Origin: Candidatus Falkowbacteria bacterium
GTDB lineage: Bacteria; Patescibacteriota; Patescibacteriia; Patescibacteriales; WJLG01
Length of the DNA stretch: 64,000 nt
Assembly: GCA_963747695.1 (NCBI GenBank)
Contig: CAVVFV010000010.1
Span: forward strand, 389,618-453,617
Direction: 5' to 3'
Shown: positions 57,325 to 64,000 of the stretch, piece after piece
How the letters are laid out: every line of letters starts with the position of its first letter
How positions within the stretch are numbered: the first letter of the stretch is position 1
Translations under genes and position numbers: made by a program
Notes under the pieces: model-generated
Told to the model about the DNA's origin: nothing
The model's input: the letters and a program-made list of their open reading frames with translations, nothing else
Databases searched by the model: none

Positions 57325-57400
57325 GAGATAAATTCATGTGTTGCGTCTCGCATTGCTTGCTTGATGACAAAAATTTTTATTCTTGCTAAAATAGTTTGGT

Positions 57401-60160
57401 ATGAAATATTTAGGAGGGAAAATATTTTTTATCTTGGGCTTTTTGTTGTGCTCAGGATTTTTTTATTGTCAAAATTGCCAGGCGGCCGCGGCCGGAGCGG
57501 TGGTGATCAACGAGATCGCCTGGATGGGAACGGTGAACAGCCCTAACGATGAATGGCTGGAATTGGCAAACCGCGGGGATGAAGATGTAGTTATTGAAGG
57601 CTGGACGTTAACTTTTGGGACCAGTACGCCGAAAAAAATTGCCAAATGCCAGATCGTCCAGCCTTGTACCGTTCCGGCGGGAGGATTTTTTCTGCTGGAG
57701 CGAACCGATGATACCAGCGCACCGCCGCCGGCCGATTATATTTATACCAGCGCTTTGAATGACAACGGCGAAGTCTTGGAATTAAAAGACGATTCGGGAG
57801 CGCTGATCGATCGCCTTGATGCTTCGGCAAAATGGCCGGCCGGAAATAAGGATTCTCGGCTGACTATGGAACGCGCGGCTGACGATTCCTGGTGCTCAAG
57901 CCAGTCAGCCGGCGGCACGCCCAAAGCGGCCAATGATTGTGCCGACCAGAACTCAGCGGCGAATTTGTCGGCCAATCCGGCAACGCCCGCGGAAACCGGC
58001 GGCGGCTCGGCGCCGGGTTATCGTTACGGTGATGTTTTAATCAATGAATTCGAAAGCGATCCGCCGGCGGGCGAAAACGAATGGGTGGAATTATATAATC
58101 CCGGCGGCGGAGCTATCCCGTTGACTGGCTGGACGATTGCCGACGGCTCGGGCAAAGAAACGCCGCTCGCCGGCGGTTTCGATGAAAATAATTATTTTTT
58201 CTTCACGGCGGAAAAATTCAAAGGCGCTTTGAATAATGACGGCGATGGGATTTATTTGTATAACGGCGCGCACGCCTTGATTGATGAAGTCGCTTATGGA
58301 AAATTCGGCGACCAGCCGGATAATAACGCGCCGGCGCCGGGGAAAGGCCAGTCAACGGCTTTAAAGATCGACGGTAAAAAAGCCTTGTTTGATAAAGACA
58401 GCTACGCCGTGACCATTACTCCGACCGAAGGCGGAACAAATATCATCACCGCTCCGGCCAGCCAGACTGATGATAGCTCGACTTCCAGCGCTGCCATCCC
58501 GGGCGATATCTCGATCACGGAAATTTTTCCCAATCCGGCCGGTTCGGATCGCAGCGGCGAATTTATCGAACTTTATAATAATTCGGATGCGTTGGTCGAT
58601 CTGACCGGTTATCGGATCGATATTGTCGGCGGGCGCAGTTTTGAATTCGGCAAATTTTTCAATCCAACCCATTCCTTGCCGGCGGGAGGATATTTTGCGC
58701 TATACCGCTCCGCAAGCAATCTGGTTTTGGATAATAACGGCGGCACGATAAAGTTGTACGCGCCGGGGAAAACCCGGGCGGCGCAAAGCTTACAATATGA
58801 TCAAGCCGAGGAAGGTTACAGCTATTGCGACACGGCTCAGCTTGATTTGAGAAACGCCAATAGCGCGACGAAAAAATTTTTAAATAATTCTTTATTGCTT
58901 TCCCGCTGGGTTTGGAGCGCTACTCCCACGCCGGGAGCGGCCAATCAGATCAAGACTCCCAATAATCCGCCGCGGCCGAGTTTTTCCGCGCCGGCTAAGA
59001 TCATTGCCGGCGTCGCGGTTGATTTCGACGCTTCGGATAGTTTCGATGAAGACGGCGATCCGCTTTCTTTTGCCTGGGATTTCGGCGATGGCGGCCGGCA
59101 GATCATCGAAGATCCTGTTCACACTTTTCTCACCCCGGGAAATTATCAGATCAAATTGGCCGTGAGTGACGGCGAGGATTCGGCGACTGTGGCTAAAATT
59201 ATCAAAGTCGGCGGAATTTCACCGGCGAGTTTTGCCGCCGCCGCGGGCGCCGCGGCGGTCGGTTCCGGATCAGCGATAAATTCCACTCAGGCTAAAATCG
59301 CCGTCAACAGTCCGCCGCCGGCTTTGCCGAAAAATTCCGGCAAAACGTTGATAGCAAAAGCGGCAAATCCGATCGAGGCTAAAATAAAAGTTGCCGCGCT
59401 CGCGCCAATGCCGGTAAGTTCGGCGGCGATTGACCGGCTAAAGCTGGGCGCGGCGTGGAAAATCACCGGTACGGTTATCGTCTTGCCCGGGAATTTCGGC
59501 ACGCAATATTTTTATGTCAGCGCCGGTACCAGCTCGCCGGCGGTGAAGATCTATAATTACTATCACGATTTTCCGGTGTTGAAGATCGGCGACGTGATTG
59601 AAGCCGCTGGAGTGATTGGCGGATCAGCCACGGATAAATATTTAAAAACCAAAACCGCGGCGAACGTCAAAATTTTAAGCCAGAAGGATCCGCCCGCTCC
59701 GGAGCAGATCACTGCCGCGGGATTTAAGGAAGAAAATTTGGGAAAATTCGTTCAGACTGAAGGCGAAATTGAAAGCAAAAACGGCCAGCTGGTCACCTTG
59801 TTCGACGGTTCGGCGGATTTTGCCGTTTATCTTAAGGCCGCCGCCAATGTCTCTGCCGCCGATTTTAAAGTGGGGCAGAAGATTTCCGTCACCGGATTAT
59901 TGACCAAGGTCGCCAATAATTTAGCCGTTATGCCCCGATCTTCGGCTGATCTGGCCTTGTCCGCTTCGACATCTCCTTCGGCTGATGATAATTCCGGATC
60001 AGTGCTCGGTGCCGCCACCGGTTCTTCAGCCTGGACCTTGCCCGCGCCAAAAAATAATTCTCAAGCTCTGATTTATCTTTTGATCGCGGCGGGAGGAGCG
60101 ATTATTGTTTTAGCCGGCTGGATTAGCAAAAAATATTTTTTCAAGAAAAAGGCGGGATAA
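57401..60160 (+). CDS. secreted, C-terminally membrane-anchored protein with three lamin-tail domains, a PKD domain and OB-fold-like repeats
   Basis: 919 aa with a signal peptide. LTD signatures are VVINEIAWMGT..EWLELAN, VLINEFESDP..EWVELYN and ISITEIFPNPAGSDRSGEFIELYN. PKD signature is DASDSFDEDGDPLSFAWDFGDG. A C-terminal TM helix is followed by KKYFFKKK. Confidence 0.75.
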   Translation: MKYLGGKIFFILGFLLCSGFFYCQNCQAAAAGAVVINEIAWMGTVNSPNDEWLELANRGDEDVVIEGWTLTFGTSTPKKIAKCQIVQPCTVPAGGFFLLERTDDTSAPPPADYIYTSALNDNGEVLELKDDSGALIDRLDASAKWPAGNKDSRLTMERAADDSWCSSQSAGGTPKAANDCADQNSAANLSANPATPAETGGGSAPGYRYGDVLINEFESDPPAGENEWVELYNPGGGAIPLTGWTIADGSGKETPLAGGFDENNYFFFTAEKFKGALNNDGDGIYLYNGAHALIDEVAYGKFGDQPDNNAPAPGKGQSTALKIDGKKALFDKDSYAVTITPTEGGTNIITAPASQTDDSSTSSAAIPGDISITEIFPNPAGSDRSGEFIELYNNSDALVDLTGYRIDIVGGRSFEFGKFFNPTHSLPAGGYFALYRSASNLVLDNNGGTIKLYAPGKTRAAQSLQYDQAEEGYSYCDTAQLDLRNANSATKKFLNNSLLLSRWVWSATPTPGAANQIKTPNNPPRPSFSAPAKIIAGVAVDFDASDSFDEDGDPLSFAWDFGDGGRQIIEDPVHTFLTPGNYQIKLAVSDGEDSATVAKIIKVGGISPASFAAAAGAAAVGSGSAINSTQAKIAVNSPPPALPKNSGKTLIAKAANPIEAKIKVAALAPMPVSSAAIDRLKLGAAWKITGTVIVLPGNFGTQYFYVSAGTSSPAVKIYNYYHDFPVLKIGDVIEAAGVIGGSATDKYLKTKTAANVKILSQKDPPAPEQITAAGFKEENLGKFVQTEGEIESKNGQLVTLFDGSADFAVYLKAAANVSAADFKVGQKISVTGLLTKVANNLAVMPRSSADLALSASTSPSADDNSGSVLGAATGSSAWTLPAPKNNSQALIYLLIAAGGAIIVLAGWISKKYFFKKKAG

Positions 60161-60167
60161 TCGGCGG

Positions 60168-60212
60168 GAGATTCTGACCGGGCCAGCGGAGGGATGGTTT
60201 GGTCAGAATTTT
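60168..60212 (+). terminator. hairpin terminator after the LTD gene
   Basis: GATTCTGACC...GGTCAGAATTTT. Confidence 0.5.
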
Positions 60213-60299
60213 CCACCGGGGATTCTGCCGCCGCATAATTTAAGCGGCTTGCAATTTTCGGAAAAAAGTATAAAAATATAGATTATAATCCATTATTTT

Positions 60300-60758
60300 A
60301 TGAAAATGATCGAAGGGGTGGTAATCAAAGAAATCCGGGAGAATACGGATGAGCGCGGCTGGCTGGCCGAGGTTTTTCGCCATGACGAAACGGATTTTCG
60401 GGAAACGATGTGCTACGTCAGCTTGACCAAACCGGGCGTTGTCCGCGGTCCGCATGAGCATGTGCATCAATCGGATTGTTTTGTTTTTCTCGGACCGGGA
60501 GAGTTCGCTCTGCATCTTTGGGACCGTAGAGCCGATTCTCCGACAGCCGGCGAACATTTTACAACGACGGTGGGCGAAAATAATCCGACTTTGGTGATCA
60601 TTCCGCCCGGAGTGGTGCACGGCTATCAATGCGTTTCCAGCGAACCGGCCTGGTGTTTGAATTTTCCTGATAAGTTATACGCCGGCGCGGGGAAAAAAGA
60701 AGCAGTCGACGAAATCCGCTGGGAAAAAGATCCTGGTTCGCCGTATAAGATTAATTAA
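60300..60758 (+). CDS. dTDP-4-dehydrorhamnose 3,5-epimerase-family cupin (RmlC-like, short)
   Basis: 152 aa with ...DERGWLAEVFR...GVVRGPHEH...DRRADSPTAGE...IPPGVVHGYQ. Confidence 0.7.
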   Translation: MKMIEGVVIKEIRENTDERGWLAEVFRHDETDFRETMCYVSLTKPGVVRGPHEHVHQSDCFVFLGPGEFALHLWDRRADSPTAGEHFTTTVGENNPTLVIIPPGVVHGYQCVSSEPAWCLNFPDKLYAGAGKKEAVDEIRWEKDPGSPYKIN

Positions 60759-60855
60759 AAAATGTCCCCTCCTCGGGAGGGGTGCCCGGATCCCGCTTTA
60801 GCGGGAGGAGGGCGGGGAGGGTCTATTCCTGACATTGTAAATTTAAAAATCGCCG

Positions 60856-61719
60856 TTAGGCGATTTTTTTGATGTATTCTTGCAAAGCGTCTTGATAATT
60901 TCGCAAGGGCGGCAGCTTGGTGTTAAGCAGCGTCGAGTTGGCCGGCCGCCGGGCTGGCCGAGGAAATTCCGCGCCGGTAACCGGAATGACTTTAGAGCGA
61001 ACGTCGGCAATCTTAAAAAGTTCCAGGCAAGCTTCGTACCAGGTGGCCGAGCCGGGATTAATGATATGATAAACGCCGAAAGGAATCTGATAGTCAATTA
61101 ATTTTTTGGTCGCTTGCGCCAAGTCCGGCGTATAGGTAAAACAGCTTTTTTCCTCGTCGACCGCCTTCACCTCGCTATTTTTTTTAGCCGCGGAGAGCAT
61201 CAGATCGAAAAAACTCGGTTTGGCCGCCGGGGAGGGGCCCTGCGGCCCAAAGAGTTTGGAAGTCCGGATCAAATAATGCCGCGGTCCGGTTAAACCGGCC
61301 ATCAATTGCCGCTCGCCGGCTAATTTGCTGATTCCGTAATTATTGATTGGGCAGGGCAAAGCGGTCTCATCGTATCCGCCGGCGCTGGTGCCGTCAAAAA
61401 CATAATCAGTGGAGTAATGGACGATGGTCGCGTTGATTTTTTCCGCGGCCTGCACCAGATAGCCGATCGCCTCGGCATTGATTTTTTTGGCCAGCGCAAA
61501 TTCAGCGGCATCAGTTTCGCATTTGTCCACGGCATTGTAGGCGGCGGCGTTGATGACGAGCTGCGGCCGAAGACTGATTATTTTTTTAATCAGATCATCG
61601 CCCTGGGTGATATCAACATCTTCTTTATCCCACCCGACCGTTTCCGAACCGCCCGCCGAAAAGACCGCCGCCAACTGCGCCCCCAAATTTCCCTTAGCTC
61701 CTAAAATTAAAACCTTCAT
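60856..61719 (-). CDS. rmlD: dTDP-4-dehydrorhamnose reductase
   Basis: 287 aa from the ATG at 61719, with MKVLILGAKGNLG and YGISKLAGE (YxxxK). Confidence 0.88.
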   Translation of the reverse strand: MKVLILGAKGNLGAQLAAVFSAGGSETVGWDKEDVDITQGDDLIKKIISLRPQLVINAAAYNAVDKCETDAAEFALAKKINAEAIGYLVQAAEKINATIVHYSTDYVFDGTSAGGYDETALPCPINNYGISKLAGERQLMAGLTGPRHYLIRTSKLFGPQGPSPAAKPSFFDLMLSAAKKNSEVKAVDEEKSCFTYTPDLAQATKKLIDYQIPFGVYHIINPGSATWYEACLELFKIADVRSKVIPVTGAEFPRPARRPANSTLLNTKLPPLRNYQDALQEYIKKIA

Positions 61720-61785
61720 AAAATAGTAACTATTAGTATTGAATAAATTTAGCATAAAGTTCGCGCAATGTTAAATAAATTTTAT

Positions 61786-61813
61786 CCGTAACCCGTAACC
61801 CGTAACTCGTAAC
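61786..61813. repeat. tandem heptamer array (CCGTAAC x3 + TCGTAAC) in the rmlD/ftsK divergent spacer
   Basis: ccgtaacccgtaacccgtaactcgtaac. Confidence 0.8.
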
Positions 61814-61910
61814 GCCTTTAGCAAATCCGCTTTTTTTAATGTTTTTTCTGTGTTATCATTAAGGTAACAAGGGGGATAATTCATATCTCTGATTTTGATT
61901 ATTGAATTTT

Positions 61911-61938
61911 TTACTTATTACTTTTTACTTCTTACTTC
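61911..61938. repeat. tandem heptamer array (TTACTTN x4) ending 4 nt before the ftsK ATG
   Basis: ttacttattactttttacttcttacttc. Confidence 0.75.
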
Positions 61939-61942
61939 TTTT

Positions 61943-64000
61943 ATGGCTCGCCGCAAAAAATCCAAAAATCCGTTTGATTACGTAGAGTTTCCCGACCTGG
62001 AGATCAGCTCGGAAACCAAGAAAAGCCTGATGATCTTATTCATCTTGATTTTAGCCGTACTCTGTTTGCTCGGCTTGTTCGATCTGGCGGGCACGCTTGG
62101 CCAATATCTGGCGCAAGGCCAGACGCTCGCTTTTGGCTGGGGCAAGTGGCTTTTCCCGCTGTTACTCTTCTGGTGGAGCTTCTTATTATATAAGAGGGAC
62201 AGGAAATATTTCCGCGGTGCCGGAATACTCGGAATTTTTCTGGCTTTCATCACTCTGCAAGCCTTCTTCCAGATTTTTATTCCCTTGTCCGAATGGAACG
62301 ATTCGGTGAAGAACGGTTCCGGCGGCGGTTATGTCGGATTATTTTTAGCTTCCAATTTTATTAAAATTTTGGGTTTTTGGGGCGGCTTGGTCGTATTAGT
62401 AGCTTTGTTGATCGTCGCTGGTTTGCTCATCTTCAATACTTCTCTCCTCAAATTGATCGGCGGGGAAAGCATTTTCGCCAAGACCGCCCATCCTTTCCGG
62501 GCCGTATTCGGCCGGCTGTTCGGCGGCAAAGAAGTTGAAGAAGAAGTCGAGGAAGAAGAGCAAGCCGAGGAAAAGAGCCAGGACAATCTGTTCACTAAAA
62601 AAAGCATCGTGGAAGAAACCGCCTTCGCTGAAGCTGCGGCGGTCGAGGGCGGCGAAGCTGAAAAGGAAGATGAGGAAGTTTTTACCGCCAAGGAAGAACA
62701 ACCGGCGCGGCGGATGACGGAAAGGGAGATCTGGAAAACCAATCGGATCAAAATCGACCTGCCGCTGGATCTGCTGGATAGCAATTCGAGCAAGCCGACC
62801 TCCGGTGATATCAAAAATAATTCTCTGATCATCCAACGGACGCTGGAAAATTTCGGCATTCCCGTGGGCATGGGCGAAACCCAGGTCGGTCCGACCGTTA
62901 CTCAATATACTTTCCGGCCGGCCGAAGGTGTCAAGCTTTCCAAGATCACTACGTTAAGCAATGATCTGGCTTTGGCTTTGTCGGCCCATCCGATCCGGAT
63001 CGAAGCGCCGATCCCGGGCAAGCCGTTAGTCGGCGTGGAAGTGCCGAATAAGACCAAGGCAATCGTCGGTTTGAAAGAAATTCTCGAATCGGCCGAATTT
63101 AAAACCAGAAAAAATAATCTGACCATCGCCTTGGGCAAAGATGTTTCCGGCGCTTCCTGGTGCTACGATATCACCCGCATGCCGCACTTGCTGGTTGCCG
63201 GCGCCACTAATTCGGGAAAATCCGTCTGTCTGAATTCGATCGTCATTTCGCTTTTATATCAGAATAATCCGGAAGATTTGCGTTTCATCATGGTCGATCC
63301 GAAGCGGGTCGAGCTGACTGTTTATGACGGCATTCCGCATCTGTTGACGCCGGTAATCACCAATGTGCCGAAGACGATCAATGCTTTGCGCTGGTGTCTG
63401 AATGAGATGGATCGCCGCTTCGAAGTCTTGCAGAATTTCAAGAAACGCAATATCCAAGCCTATAATGCGGTAGCCAAAGACCCCGCCGAGGGCGGGGCAA
63501 GCAAGATGCCTTATATCGTCTTCATCGTCGATGAATTGGCGGATCTGATGGTGGCGGCCGGGCGCGATATCGAAGCCTCGGTGATCCGCTTGGCGCAGAT
63601 GGCTCGCGCCGTAGGCATCCATCTGGTTTTAGCGACGCAGCGCCCTTCGGTCGACGTCATCACGGGCCTGATCAAAGCCAATATGCCGGCCCGGATCGCT
63701 TTCTCGGTCGCTTCGGGCGTGGATTCAAAAACTATTTTGGATTCGCTCGGCGCGGAAAAACTGCTGGGTAAAGGCGATATGCTTTTCCAGACTCCGGAAA
63801 TTTCCAAGCCGAAACGCGTCCAGGGCGCTTACGTTTCCGATAATGAAATAAAAAGGATCGTCGATTATATCAAAGAGAAGGGCGGCGATTTCGAATATGT
63901 CGAAGGCGTCACCGAGAAACAATCGGTGCACGGCATCGCCTCGGTCGGGATCGACGGCCAGACCGGCGACGAAGACGAATTATTGGCTGAAGCCCGGGAA
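61943..64000 (+). CDS. ftsK: DNA translocase FtsK (3' end outside window)
   Basis: Open frame from the ATG at 61943 to the window end. N-terminal TM helices, an acidic linker, then a motor domain with GATNSGKSV and IVDELADLM. Absent from the ORF track because there is no stop codon. Confidence 0.92.
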   Translation, partial: MARRKKSKNPFDYVEFPDLEISSETKKSLMILFILILAVLCLLGLFDLAGTLGQYLAQGQTLAFGWGKWLFPLLLFWWSFLLYKRDRKYFRGAGILGIFLAFITLQAFFQIFIPLSEWNDSVKNGSGGGYVGLFLASNFIKILGFWGGLVVLVALLIVAGLLIFNTSLLKLIGGESIFAKTAHPFRAVFGRLFGGKEVEEEVEEEEQAEEKSQDNLFTKKSIVEETAFAEAAAVEGGEAEKEDEEVFTAKEEQPARRMTEREIWKTNRIKIDLPLDLLDSNSSKPTSGDIKNNSLIIQRTLENFGIPVGMGETQVGPTVTQYTFRPAEGVKLSKITTLSNDLALALSAHPIRIEAPIPGKPLVGVEVPNKTKAIVGLKEILESAEFKTRKNNLTIALGKDVSGASWCYDITRMPHLLVAGATNSGKSVCLNSIVISLLYQNNPEDLRFIMVDPKRVELTVYDGIPHLLTPVITNVPKTINALRWCLNEMDRRFEVLQNFKKRNIQAYNAVAKDPAEGGASKMPYIVFIVDELADLMVAAGRDIEASVIRLAQMARAVGIHLVLATQRPSVDVITGLIKANMPARIAFSVASGVDSKTILDSLGAEKLLGKGDMLFQTPEISKPKRVQGAYVSDNEIKRIVDYIKEKGGDFEYVEGVTEKQSVHGIASVGIDGQTGDEDELLAEARE

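Overview
This 64-kb segment reads like a small-genome Candidate Phyla Radiation (Patescibacteria/Parcubacteria-like) bacterium; that placement is inference. It carries compact housekeeping genes: infC-rpmI-rplT, secG, rnj, ychF, rpsF-ssb-rpsR, efp, recA, trpS, clpP, trxA and ftsK. There is one 16S rRNA gene. It is not followed by 23S or tRNA genes and carries an ORF-less insertion of about 0.5 kb near E. coli position 1400. A 10-kb secretin-less type IV pilus operon (pilB, pilC, three pilin-like genes, pilM, pilN, pilO) faces a 919-aa lamin-tail/PKD/OB-fold surface protein. The first 4.7 kb (SPASM fragment, serS, aroE, isomerase-oxidoreductase fusion, truncated MBL gene) is visibly more AT-rich. 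An intact IS3-family element separates it from the rest. Other content: a T-box leader in front of a stand-alone TrpB2 gene; a sugar-binding-protein + histidine kinase + receiver module; and two envelope-sugar genes (PGM/PMM-like, MOP flippase-like) broken by clustered same-direction frameshifts. The most striking feature is in the higher-GC part, where many intergenic spacers hold long imperfect palindromes and/or tandem heptamer arrays that abut start codons or promoters. One such palindrome and one heptamer tract sit in frame inside a Trm11-like methyltransferase gene. I saw no CRISPR array, no tRNA gene and no recognisable defence system. All protein calls rest on motif recognition by eye from the supplied translations; no database search was possible.
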